Shown in pieces: positions 46,339 through 54,544 of a DNA stretch of 64,000 bases. Made by a program: the position numbers and the translations under genes. The DNA is from an uncultured Gammaproteobacteria bacterium (GTDB taxonomy: Bacteria; Patescibacteriota; Patescibacteriia; Magasanikbacterales; UBA922). Under the pieces are notes generated by a model. The model was given only the letters and a program-made list of their open reading frames with translations, ran no database searches and was not told the origin of the DNA. Positions within the stretch are counted from its first letter, which is position 1. Every line of letters starts with the position of its first letter. The stretch is taken from the NCBI GenBank assembly GCA_964433095.1, contig CAYSPW010000003.1:7034-71033 (forward strand). The letters are read 5' to 3'.

Positions 46339-46800
46339 TTGACTTTAATTCTTATCAACGTATATATGAATTACAAAAGAGCAATTGTTTTTGGGTTGAT
46401 GTTGTGGTTGGCCATTTTTATCGTCCTTTCCTTATTAATGTTCATACCGGTATTAAAAGAAAGTAATTGGGCGGTGAATATCGTGTTTTGGATATTACTC
46501 GTGCCCATGGTTTTGCTGCTGTCCAAATGGTATTTTAAACAGGAGCCTCCGACCGTAAAAAAGGGATTAGTGCTGGGAATAATAGCGCTTTCGGTCAGTA
46601 TAGTCTTAGATATTCTGATCACCGTACCTTTTTTTGTGGGCTCATTCGCTGTTTTTTTTGGTGATTGGATGCTCTGGGCGGCTATGTTTGAAATACTGCT
46701 ATTGACCGTTTTTGCCGGCATGGAGTTTGACGCCACTTTCAGTAAAAAGGAGGGGACGGCGGTAGATATTGAAGATAAAAAAGTGGATAGCAAAATTTAA
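46339..46800 (+). CDS. Hypothetical membrane protein (4 TM)
   Basis: Hydrophobic helices throughout; start uncertain (alternative ATG at 46366, MNYKRAIVFG). Confidence 0.35.
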   Translation: MTLILINVYMNYKRAIVFGLMLWLAIFIVLSLLMFIPVLKESNWAVNIVFWILLVPMVLLLSKWYFKQEPPTVKKGLVLGIIALSVSIVLDILITVPFFVGSFAVFFGDWMLWAAMFEILLLTVFAGMEFDATFSKKEGTAVDIEDKKVDSKI

Positions 46801-46824
46801 ATTAATAAAAATAAACCAACCAAC

Positions 46825-46853
46825 TTGCTTTTTTTTTAAATTCAGGATATAAT
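46825..46853 (+). promoter_or_regulatory. Sigma70-like promoter (TTGCTT-N17-TATAAT)
   Basis: TTGCTT 46825-46830, 17-nt spacer, TATAAT 46848-46853; about 100-nt leader before the 46958 gene. Confidence 0.5.
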
Positions 46854-46957
46854 TGCATCACTCAAATTGTTTGAGAAAAAACACGGGTGAAGTGCTTAAA
46901 AAAGTCTATTCATCTTGTGAAAAAAAGGTCGGTTAAATAAAAAAAAAGTTACAAACT

Positions 46958-47245
46958 ATGTCATATCAAGATGATAGACCAATGTTTCAGGTGGATATTG
47001 AATGCGGACAGTGTGGAAAAAAGATTTCCGAATTGCCGTTTGAGCCTTCCGGTGATAGACCGGTATACTGCTCGGATTGCCTGAAAGAGAGACGTGGTAA
47101 TCGCGACAACAGAGGAGAACGCAGGATGTTTACGGTTGATATTAATTGCGCGGATTGTGGTGCTCATATTTCACAGCTGCCGTTTGAACCACGTGGAGAC
47201 AGCCCTATTTATTGCTTTGAGTGCAACAAGAAAAGAAGAGGCTAA
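46958..47245 (+). CDS. Tandem CxxC zinc-ribbon protein (two roughly 45-aa repeats)
   Basis: Internal repeat MFQVDIECGQCGKKISELPFEPSGDRPVYCSDCLKERRG / MFTVDINCADCGAHISQLPFEPRGDSPIYCFECNKKRRG; each repeat has CxxC...YCxxC. Confidence 0.5.
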   Translation: MSYQDDRPMFQVDIECGQCGKKISELPFEPSGDRPVYCSDCLKERRGNRDNRGERRMFTVDINCADCGAHISQLPFEPRGDSPIYCFECNKKRRG

Positions 47246-47260
47246 CAAAAAGGTCTAAAA

Positions 47261-47292
47261 AAACCCTTTTTTTTCGGACAAAGGGTTTTTTT
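47261..47292 (+). terminator. Rho-independent terminator
   Basis: AAACCCTTT-10 nt loop-AAAGGGTTT followed by a T-run. Confidence 0.55.
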
Positions 47293-47294
47293 AT

Positions 47295-47323
47295 TTGATT
47301 TTACTGAGAAATTTGAGTAATAT
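47295..47323 (+). promoter_or_regulatory. Sigma70-like promoter for mnmA (TTGATT-N17-TAATAT)
   Basis: TTGATT 47295-47300, 17-nt spacer, TAATAT 47318-47323; ATG at 47332. Confidence 0.45.
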
Positions 47324-47331
47324 AGCTTTGT

Positions 47332-48405
47332 ATGGCGCAAAAAAAAGAAAAAGTACTGGTAGCTCTCTCCGGCGGGGTTGATTCCTCGGTGGCAGCTTTT
47401 TTGTTGCTGCGGACCGGTTATCAGGTTAGTGCCGCCTTTATGGTTAATTATGAAGACAAAGCCGGTTGTTGGCGTCGGGATTACCGCGACGCTGTCCGGG
47501 TGGCGGCCAAACTGGGAATAGCAATCGTTAAATTTGATTTTAAAGAACAATACAAGCGATTTGTGCTTGATTATATGTATAATCAGTATGAAAAGGGAAA
47601 TACTCCCAATCCGGACGTGTTGTGTAATAAATTTATCAAATTCGGGGTGTGGTTGGAAAAGGCGCGCGAGCTTGGTTTTAATAAATTAAGCACCGGACAT
47701 TACGCCATAAATAATTTTGATAAAAATAGTAATTCATGGCAGCTGCAGATCGGCAAGGATAAGGAAAAGGATCAGACATATTTTTTACATCAATTGTCTC
47801 AACAGCAGCTCGCGCGTTCTTTATTTCCGATCGGACAATACAATAAAAAACAGGTTCGACAAATAGCCGCGGAAAACAATTTGCCCACCGCGGAAAAAAA
47901 AGAAAGCATGGGAATTTGTTTTGTGGGTAAGGTGTCAATGAAGAAGTTTTTATTGAAAAGGATTCTGCCAAAGCCGGGAAAAATTGTCTCCACCGATGGT
48001 AAGAAACTGGGCGAGCATATCGGACTTCCTTTTTATACGATAGGACAGCGTCATTTTGGCGTATCCGGTCTTGATGCCGACTCGGACGACAAGCCTTTGT
48101 ATGTTGTTGAAAAAAGAAAACGGAGCAACGAGCTTGTTGTCGGCCATGCTGATGATCCCAAGTTGTTTAAGAAGAAAATTGAAGTAGGCAAAGTAAACTG
48201 GATATCTGGACAGGAACCGGAATTTCCCGTAAAATGCGAGGTGAGACTGCGCCATGGTCAAAGTTTGCAAAAATGCGAGATCAGAAAAAATAAAGAAAAA
48301 ATATTGGTGGAATTTGATAAAACGCAAAAAGCGATCGCGCCAGGGCAGTTTGCGGTTTTTTACTTGGAACGGCAATGTGTGGGGGGAGGAACCATTCTGC
48401 CTTGA
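47332..48405 (+). CDS. mnmA: tRNA-specific 2-thiouridylase MnmA
   Basis: PP-loop VALSGGVDSSVAA; catalytic Cys regions (DVLCNKFIKFG, GICFVG). Confidence 0.9.
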   Translation: MAQKKEKVLVALSGGVDSSVAAFLLLRTGYQVSAAFMVNYEDKAGCWRRDYRDAVRVAAKLGIAIVKFDFKEQYKRFVLDYMYNQYEKGNTPNPDVLCNKFIKFGVWLEKARELGFNKLSTGHYAINNFDKNSNSWQLQIGKDKEKDQTYFLHQLSQQQLARSLFPIGQYNKKQVRQIAAENNLPTAEKKESMGICFVGKVSMKKFLLKRILPKPGKIVSTDGKKLGEHIGLPFYTIGQRHFGVSGLDADSDDKPLYVVEKRKRSNELVVGHADDPKLFKKKIEVGKVNWISGQEPEFPVKCEVRLRHGQSLQKCEIRKNKEKILVEFDKTQKAIAPGQFAVFYLERQCVGGGTILP

Positions 48406-48448
48406 ATAATTTTATAAACAATTTACTAACTACTGCAAAAAAAAGATT

Positions 48449-50272
48449 ATGAACACAATTGAATTGCGCAATAAATATTTAGAATTTTTCAAAAGCAAGA
48501 ATCATTCCGTTATTTTAAGCGCTTCTTTAATACCGGAAAATGATCCGACTGTTTTGTTTACCACCGCCGGCATGCATCCGCTGGTTCCGTATTTGATGGG
48601 AGAAAGTCATCCGGAAGGAGATAGACTTACTAACGTGCAAAAATGCGTCAGAACCGGTGATATTGACGAGGTGGGGGATGGTAGTCATCTCACTTTTTTT
48701 GAGATGCTCGGTAACTGGTCTTTGGGTGACTATTTTAAACGTGAAGCGATAAAATGGAGTTTTGAGTTTTTAACCGGTGAAAATTGGCTCGGAATTGACA
48801 AAAAAAAATTGGCCGTGTCCGTGTTTGCCGGAGATAAAGATGCGCCGCGTGATGATGAATCGGCCATTATTTGGCATTCATTGGGTATTGCAAAGCATAA
48901 AATAGCCTATCTACCCAAAAAAGAAAATTGGTGGGGTCCGGCCGGGGAAATCGGTCCGTGCGGTCCTGATACGGAAATGTTTTACTGGGTGGGTGAGGCA
49001 CAATACCCGAGTGAACAAAGCGACCCGGGTAACGATCCGGACAATTGGCTGGAAATTTGGAACGACGTTTTTATGCAATATTTTAAACAAAAAGACGGCA
49101 GTTATACCGCTTTGGAGCAGAAAAATGTTGATACCGGCATGGGGTTGGAGAGAGCGGTGGCGATTTTGAATGGATTTGACGATGTATATAAAGTTGATAC
49201 ATTGTGGCCTGTTGTCAATCAGATTGAAAACTTATCCGGCCGTAAGTATTTACAAGATGAATCCACCACCAGATCAATCAGAATTATTTCCGATCATATC
49301 AGAGCGGCGGTTATGATCATGGGAGACAATCAAGGTATCGTGCCAAGTAATGTGGATCAAGGTTATGTAGTGAGAAAATTAATCAGGCGCGCGATCAGGC
49401 ATGGTAGAATTTTGGGAATAGATGATGAGTTTTGTTCGGATTTGGCTCAGAAAGTGATTGGGATATTTGCACAGGTTTATGGCGAGGTGGAGAAAAACAA
49501 GGATTTTGTATTGGCGCACATGAAGGAGGAAGAGGGTAAATTTCGCAAAACTCTGGAGCAAGGAATCAAGAGATTCAATCGGTTGGTTATTGGTAAAAAA
49601 GAGGGCGATCTAATAATGGGCGCTGATGCTTTTGATTTGTACCAGACTTACGGTTTTCCTTTGGAAATGACCATGGAATTGGCCGCGGAGAAGCGAATGA
49701 AAGTTGATGAAAAAGAATACGCGAACAAAATGAGCCATCATCAAGAATTGTCTCGCGAAGGCGCCGAGCAAAAATTCAAAGGCGGCTTGGCCGACCAGCA
49801 AGAAGAAACCAAAAAATTGCATACCGTTACTCATCTTTTGCACTCGGCTCTGCGTAAAGTTTTAGGTAGTCATGTGGAGCAAAAAGGCTCCAACATTACA
49901 GCCGACAGATTAAGATTTGATTTTTCACATCCGGGAAAACTGTCTAACCAAGAAAAACAACGGGTTGAGGATTTGGTAAACGCCGCCATTGAAAAAGATT
50001 ACCCTATTACCTGTGAACAAATGTCGGTGGATGAAGCTAAAAAACAAGGGGCCATCGGTTTGTTTGCGGACAAGTACGGAGCACAAGTCAAGGTTTATTC
50101 CATCGGCGATCCGGAGGGTATTCCTAACGCGGATCCGACCTCGCAAACTTTCAGCAAAGAAATCTGCGGCGGTCCGCATGTAGAGAGAACCGGAGAATTA
50201 GGCAGGTTCAAGATAAAAAAGGAACAATCAAGCAGTGCCGGGATTAGGAGGATAAAGGCGGTGCTGGAATAA
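48449..50272 (+). CDS. alaS: Alanyl-tRNA synthetase, short form lacking the C-Ala domain
   Basis: Class II catalytic core (FTTAGMHP, motif 2/3 regions); editing domain HxxxH (HTVTHLLHSAL) and CGGPHV; ends about 260 aa before a typical bacterial AlaRS would. Confidence 0.9.
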   Translation: MNTIELRNKYLEFFKSKNHSVILSASLIPENDPTVLFTTAGMHPLVPYLMGESHPEGDRLTNVQKCVRTGDIDEVGDGSHLTFFEMLGNWSLGDYFKREAIKWSFEFLTGENWLGIDKKKLAVSVFAGDKDAPRDDESAIIWHSLGIAKHKIAYLPKKENWWGPAGEIGPCGPDTEMFYWVGEAQYPSEQSDPGNDPDNWLEIWNDVFMQYFKQKDGSYTALEQKNVDTGMGLERAVAILNGFDDVYKVDTLWPVVNQIENLSGRKYLQDESTTRSIRIISDHIRAAVMIMGDNQGIVPSNVDQGYVVRKLIRRAIRHGRILGIDDEFCSDLAQKVIGIFAQVYGEVEKNKDFVLAHMKEEEGKFRKTLEQGIKRFNRLVIGKKEGDLIMGADAFDLYQTYGFPLEMTMELAAEKRMKVDEKEYANKMSHHQELSREGAEQKFKGGLADQQEETKKLHTVTHLLHSALRKVLGSHVEQKGSNITADRLRFDFSHPGKLSNQEKQRVEDLVNAAIEKDYPITCEQMSVDEAKKQGAIGLFADKYGAQVKVYSIGDPEGIPNADPTSQTFSKEICGGPHVERTGELGRFKIKKEQSSSAGIRRIKAVLE

Positions 50273-50440
50273 CGATTATTTCAAAATAGTAGATTTATAC
50301 AAAATTAACTTTAAATCGGAACAATTTAATGATATAATTGTTGATAACTTGGTATGTGTTCATTACGGATTAATGTATTTCAAAGAAAATAGCTTGTTTT
50401 TAGCTAAATTATTTAAATCAACCAGCCTGGTAAGTTAGAC

Positions 50441-50469
50441 TTGACAAGTTTGGCGATATAAAGTAAAAT
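50441..50469 (+). promoter_or_regulatory. Sigma70-like promoter (TTGACA-N17-TAAAAT) for infA and the alpha operon
   Basis: Consensus -35 TTGACA 50441-50446, 17-nt spacer, TAAAAT 50464-50469. It abuts the ORF-track start (50470), implying the real start is the downstream ATG. Confidence 0.5.
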
Positions 50470-50496
50470 ATGGCCAGGTTAAAAAAGAAATTGACA

Positions 50497-50715
50497 ATGG
50501 CAAAAAATAAAGATGTCGTGGAGGTTCGAGGCACGATTGAAGAATTGTTGCCCGGCGCCACTTTTCGGGTAAGACTGGAAAATGAACATGAAATAATTGC
50601 TCATTTATCCGGAAAAATGAGAATGTACAGAATAAGATTGGGAGTGGGCGATGAAGTGAAGGTGGAAATGACACCATATGATCTTACCAAAGGCAGAATT
50701 ACATATAGATTTTAA
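50497..50715 (+). CDS. infA: Translation initiation factor IF-1
   Basis: [42 protein letters not shown]...[10 protein letters not shown] matches IF-1 almost end to end; start moved to ATG 50497 because the promoter -10 abuts 50470. Confidence 0.85.
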   Translation: MAKNKDVVEVRGTIEELLPGATFRVRLENEHEIIAHLSGKMRMYRIRLGVGDEVKVEMTPYDLTKGRITYRF

Positions 50716-50827
50716 AAAAATATCAGCCAGTGCGGTGTAGCATTTCTCTGTGAAGGGGCCGTTATGTCATTAGAGAAAGCATGGATATCGCGGCAGTGGT
50801 TGGTATTTTTGTTTTCAGTAAATAAAT

Positions 50828-50965
50828 ATGAAAGTGCAGTCTTCAGTGAAAAAAAGATGTGCCAAATGCAAAGTAGTCAGACGTCGTGGCGTTATTTATA
50901 TTATCTGTGATAACCCCAGGCATAAGCAAAGACAGGGTACGAAAATAAGGAAAAAAGCCGCGTAA
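50828..50965 (+). CDS. rpmJ: Ribosomal protein L36 with 8-aa C-terminal extension (not in ORF track)
   Basis: [37 protein letters not shown] matches L36 ([37 protein letters not shown]); then TKIRKKAA; 45 aa. Confidence 0.75.
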   Translation: MKVQSSVKKRCAKCKVVRRRGVIYIICDNPRHKQRQGTKIRKKAA

Positions 50966-50977
50966 ATAATAATAAAT

Positions 50978-51364
50978 ATGAGAGTATCAGGAGTTACACT
51001 ACCAAAGGAAAAAAGAGCTGTCATTGGATTGACATATATTTTTGGTATCGGCCTATCACGCTCAAAGCAAATTTTAAAGCAGGCCAGTATTGACGCAAGC
51101 ACCAGAATTAAGGATTTGACACAAGACCAAGAAGACGCCATTAGGCGCATAATTGAGAAGAATTACAAGACAGAGGGAGATTTGAGGAGAGATGTCGCCG
51201 GTAACATAAAGAGATTGAAAGATATCAAAAGCTATCGCGGCATCCGGCATATTAAAAAATTGCCAGTACGCGGACAGCGAACTAAAACCAACAATCGGAC
51301 GCTGAGAGGTAATAAACGAAATAAAGCAACAAGTGGAAAGAAGCTGACCGCGCAAAAGACGTAA
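50978..51364 (+). CDS. rpsM: Ribosomal protein S13
   Basis: [25 protein letters not shown]...SYRGIRH; standard alpha-operon position. Confidence 0.9.
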   Translation: MRVSGVTLPKEKRAVIGLTYIFGIGLSRSKQILKQASIDASTRIKDLTQDQEDAIRRIIEKNYKTEGDLRRDVAGNIKRLKDIKSYRGIRHIKKLPVRGQRTKTNNRTLRGNKRNKATSGKKLTAQKT

Positions 51365-51384
51365 TATAGTGAAAATAATATTTT

Positions 51385-51780
51385 ATGGCTAAGAAAGGCA
51401 AAACAATCAGAAAAAAAAAGAAAGTAACAAAGCAAGTGCCGCACGGACACGCATATATTCAGGCAACTTTTAATAACACCATAGTATCGGTAACCGACCA
51501 AAACGGAGATGTATTGGGTTGGTCAAGTGCCGGATTGGTAGGTTTTAAAGGACCAAAGAAAGCCACACCGTACGCGGCTAGTCAGGTGGTTAAAAGATTG
51601 GTTGATAATATTAAGCCTTACAATGTAAAAGAAGTTAATATTTTTGTAAAAGGGATCGGTGGGGGTCGTGAATCGGCCATTCGTGCTTTTAACGCCAACG
51701 GCATTCAGGTTTTATCTATAAAAGACGTTACTCCGATACCGCACAACGGGTGTCGGCCTCCAAAGAGGAGAAGAGTTTAA
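51385..51780 (+). CDS. rpsK: Ribosomal protein S11
   Basis: AYIQATFNNTIVSVTD..G..L.W.SAG..GFKG.KK.TPYAA..V. Confidence 0.9.
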   Translation: MAKKGKTIRKKKKVTKQVPHGHAYIQATFNNTIVSVTDQNGDVLGWSSAGLVGFKGPKKATPYAASQVVKRLVDNIKPYNVKEVNIFVKGIGGGRESAIRAFNANGIQVLSIKDVTPIPHNGCRPPKRRRV

Positions 51781-51815
51781 TTAATAAGGAAAACTGTTTT
51801 TACGAAAAAAAAGAT

Positions 51816-52439
51816 ATGGGAAGATACATCGGACCAAAAAATAAAATCGCCAGAAGATTCGGAGTCAATCTGGGATTGAAGATCAATCCGGCCAAAGTGG
51901 CCAGGCGCTTAAACCAATCGCCCGGAGTACAGGGAAAAAGTCGGCGGCGCAGATCAACATCAAGTTATGGTAAGCAGCTTTTGGAAAAACAAAAAGCTAA
52001 ATTTACGTATGGATTGAGAGAGCGGCAGCTGCGCCGATATGTAAATGAAGCCAATCGGCTGGAAGGCGATTCCGGATTGAATTTGCAGCGCATTTTGGAG
52101 ATGCGCTTGGATAATGTGGTTTACAGATTGGGTTTTGCTGATACAAGGGCGCAAGCCAGGCAATTTGTTAGCCATGGCATGTTTACTTTGAATAACAAAA
52201 AGATGAATATACCGTCTCATATCACCAGAACCCATGACGTGATTGCGTTGCGTGAAAATAAAACAAAAAAAACGATTTTTGTGGATATCAGTGATAAATT
52301 AGCACAAGTCGAGACCCCATCATGGCTCAGTCTTGATCCGCGGTCTAAATCCGGAAAAGTACTGCATGCGCCCACTGCTGATGATTTCGATAAAATATTT
52401 GACGTAAAATTAATAATTGAATATTACTCCTCGCGTTAA
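51816..52439 (+). CDS. rpsD: Ribosomal protein S4
   Basis: MGRYIGPKNKIARRFG and S4 RNA-binding domain (LDNVVYRLGFA, FVSHG). ATG at 51816 chosen; the ORF-track upstream extension overlaps rpsK. Confidence 0.9.
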   Translation: MGRYIGPKNKIARRFGVNLGLKINPAKVARRLNQSPGVQGKSRRRRSTSSYGKQLLEKQKAKFTYGLRERQLRRYVNEANRLEGDSGLNLQRILEMRLDNVVYRLGFADTRAQARQFVSHGMFTLNNKKMNIPSHITRTHDVIALRENKTKKTIFVDISDKLAQVETPSWLSLDPRSKSGKVLHAPTADDFDKIFDVKLIIEYYSSR

Positions 52440-52474
52440 TTAAAGGAGGAAGCAACCTCGTAAATCTATATTAT

Positions 52475-53293
52475 ATGGAAAATATTCTATTACCAAGCAC
52501 AATTGAATTCAGCGATGGAGACGAAGCCAATATGGGCAAGGTAGTGGTTACCCCCTGTCATCAGGGATATGGAACTACTCTTGGTAATGCCTTGCGCCGA
52601 GTATTGCTATCTTCTCTCCCCGGCGCGGCAATAGAGTCGGTTAACATAAAAGGCGTGCAGCATGAATTTTCCGCGATTGAAGGTGTACTCGAAGACGTGG
52701 TGCAGATAATTTTAAATCTCAAGCAGGTAGCACTCCGCTGTCATTCTGACGAGTCGGTAACGTTAACCTTAAGCAAAAAGAAAAAAGGCGACGTGTTAGC
52801 CGGAGATTTTGAAAAAAATGCCGATGTGGATATTATTAATCCGGATCATAAAATAGCTACTTTGACTGCGGATATGGATTTTGAAATGGAAGTCAGTGTA
52901 GGTAAAGGAAGAGGCTATGTGCCGGTGTCAGAAAAGGAAATCAGTGATTTGGATTTGGGGACCATAGCCATTGATTCGATCTATACTCCGATTAAAGACA
53001 TTGGATATAATGTGGAGCTGACCCGTGTCGGAGATGTCACTGATTATGAAAAGTTGACTATCACTATTGAAACCAACGGTACTATCACGCCCAAAGAAGC
53101 GGTCGCTCAGGCTACACAGATTTTGATGGATCATTTTGTATTAATTCTGGAAGCGGCCGAGAATAGTAACAAAACGGCGAAAAAAGAAAAAAAAGAGAAC
53201 GGAGAAAATTCAGATGAATCCGACGAGGTAATGTCTGATGAAGAGCAAAGCAAAAACGCGGCGGAAGAGGGTTCGGAAGATGAAAAGAAATAA
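52475..53293 (+). CDS. rpoA: RNA polymerase alpha subunit, N-terminal domain only (alpha-CTD replaced by an acidic tail)
   Basis: Alpha-NTD blocks (TLGNALRRVLLSSLPGAAI, VGKGRGYVP) through about residue 225; last about 45 aa are E/D/S/K-rich with no alpha-CTD helix-hairpin-helix motifs. Confidence 0.85.
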   Translation: MENILLPSTIEFSDGDEANMGKVVVTPCHQGYGTTLGNALRRVLLSSLPGAAIESVNIKGVQHEFSAIEGVLEDVVQIILNLKQVALRCHSDESVTLTLSKKKKGDVLAGDFEKNADVDIINPDHKIATLTADMDFEMEVSVGKGRGYVPVSEKEISDLDLGTIAIDSIYTPIKDIGYNVELTRVGDVTDYEKLTITIETNGTITPKEAVAQATQILMDHFVLILEAAENSNKTAKKEKKENGENSDESDEVMSDEEQSKNAAEEGSEDEKK

Positions 53294-53312
53294 ATAGGCG
53301 TTTAAATAATAT

Positions 53313-53663
53313 ATGAGACACAGAAACAAAAAAAATATATTGGGTAGAGAAAAAGCGTCTCGGGAAGCAATGATGAGAAATTTGGCTGAATCTTTGATTT
53401 TACACGAATCAATTGAGACTACTTTGGCCAAAGCCAAGGCGTTGCGTGCCACGGTGGAGCCATTAATCACCAAAGCCAAAAACGACAATTTGAACAGCAG
53501 ACGCCAAATCAAAAAAATTCTTTTTACCAACCAGGTTCAGGCTAAATTAATAAAGGAAGTTGCCCCTCGCTATAAAAACAGAAACGGTGGTTACACGCGG
53601 ATAATAAAATTAGGCTACCGGCAGAATGATTCCGCAGCCATGGCTAAAATTGAGTTGGTCTAA
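53313..53663 (+). CDS. rplQ: Ribosomal protein L17
   Basis: MRHRNKKNILGREKASREAMMRNLAESLILHESIETTLAKAKALR. Confidence 0.9.
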   Translation: MRHRNKKNILGREKASREAMMRNLAESLILHESIETTLAKAKALRATVEPLITKAKNDNLNSRRQIKKILFTNQVQAKLIKEVAPRYKNRNGGYTRIIKLGYRQNDSAAMAKIELV

Positions 53664-53672
53664 TACTGTAAT

Positions 53673-54038
53673 ATGAATGACAAAAAAATATTTAGAAAAA
53701 AACATGAAATTGATGCCGGTGGTAAAACCGTCGGGCGAACAGCCACTCGTGTCGTTACTTTGTTGATGGGAAAAAATAAAGCCAATTACGCACCCCAGAT
53801 CGATGCCGGCGATTATGTAACGGTAGTGAACGCGTCCAAGCTTAAATTTACCGGAAAAAAATTAGAGCAAAAAGATTATTATCATCATACTCAATATCCG
53901 GGCGGACTGCGTCGAACACCGATGAAAAAAGTGTTTGAAAACAAACCGGAAAAAGTGATAGAACACGCCGTATTCCGCATGTTGCCCAAAAACAAACTGA
54001 GAAAGGAGAGAATGAAAAGATTAACTGTCAAGCCATAA
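53673..54038 (+). CDS. rplM: Ribosomal protein L13
   Basis: GRTATRVVTLLMGKNKANYAPQIDAGDYVTVVNASKLKFTGKK...HTQYPGGLR. Confidence 0.9.
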   Translation: MNDKKIFRKKHEIDAGGKTVGRTATRVVTLLMGKNKANYAPQIDAGDYVTVVNASKLKFTGKKLEQKDYYHHTQYPGGLRRTPMKKVFENKPEKVIEHAVFRMLPKNKLRKERMKRLTVKP

Positions 54039-54060
54039 TTGATTTTTTGACCAATATACT

Positions 54061-54462
54061 ATGACCAATTCAGCTACAAGCAAAGAAAGATCTATCGGCC
54101 GCAGAAAAGAAGCCTCGGCCAGAGTTCGGTTGGAAAAAGGTAAAGGAGAAATTTTAATTAATAGCAAGCCGGTGGTTGAGTATTTTCCGATTTCTTTTTG
54201 GCGCGACAAAGTTTTGTCTCCGTTGAAGGCGATCGGCCAGGAAAATGATTTTGATATCACCGTTAAAGTAACCGGTGGAGGAGTAAACGGTCAAGCTGAA
54301 GCGGTGCGTCACGGTATCGCCAGGGCTTTGGTTAAATGGAATCAGGATTTGAAACCAATTTTAAAAGCCGAAGGATTTTTAACCAGAGATCCTAGGTCAA
54401 AAGAAAGGAAAAAGTACGGCTTGCATAAGGCTAGGCGCGCTCATCAGTGGAAGAAAAGATAA
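54061..54462 (+). CDS. rpsI: Ribosomal protein S9
   Basis: GRRKEASARVRLEKGKGEILIN...GGGVNGQAEAVRHGIARAL...RDPRSKERKKYGLHKARRA. Confidence 0.9.
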   Translation: MTNSATSKERSIGRRKEASARVRLEKGKGEILINSKPVVEYFPISFWRDKVLSPLKAIGQENDFDITVKVTGGGVNGQAEAVRHGIARALVKWNQDLKPILKAEGFLTRDPRSKERKKYGLHKARRAHQWKKR

Positions 54463-54472
54463 CATTATTTAT

Positions 54473-54500
54473 AAAATCGGTCCTAACGGCCGATTTTTTT
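54473..54500 (+). terminator. Rho-independent terminator after rpsI
   Basis: AAAATCGG-tcctaacgg-CCGATTTT (8-bp stem) with an extended T-run. Confidence 0.45.
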
Positions 54501-54505
54501 AATGT

Positions 54506-54534
54506 TTGTATTTCAAAACATTTTAGCGTAAAAT
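54506..54534 (+). promoter_or_regulatory. Sigma70-like promoter (TTGTAT-N17-TAAAAT) for the glycan cluster
   Basis: TTGTAT 54506-54511, 17-nt spacer, TAAAAT 54529-54534; ATG at 54545. Confidence 0.4.
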
Positions 54535-54544
54535 ACACTTTAAT

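Noticed and set aside
50470-50496. Upstream ATG (MARLKKKLT...) as the infA start given by the ORF track
   Set aside because: A consensus TTGACA-N17-TAAAAT promoter ends 1 nt before this ATG, so it would lie upstream of the transcription start; the IF-1 homology begins at the downstream MAKNKD (50497).
51750-51815. N-terminal 22-aa extension of the rpsD ORF overlapping rpsK
   Set aside because: S4 homology begins at MGRYIGPKNK (51816); the extension overlaps the S11 C-terminus in another frame and is not conserved in S4 proteins.
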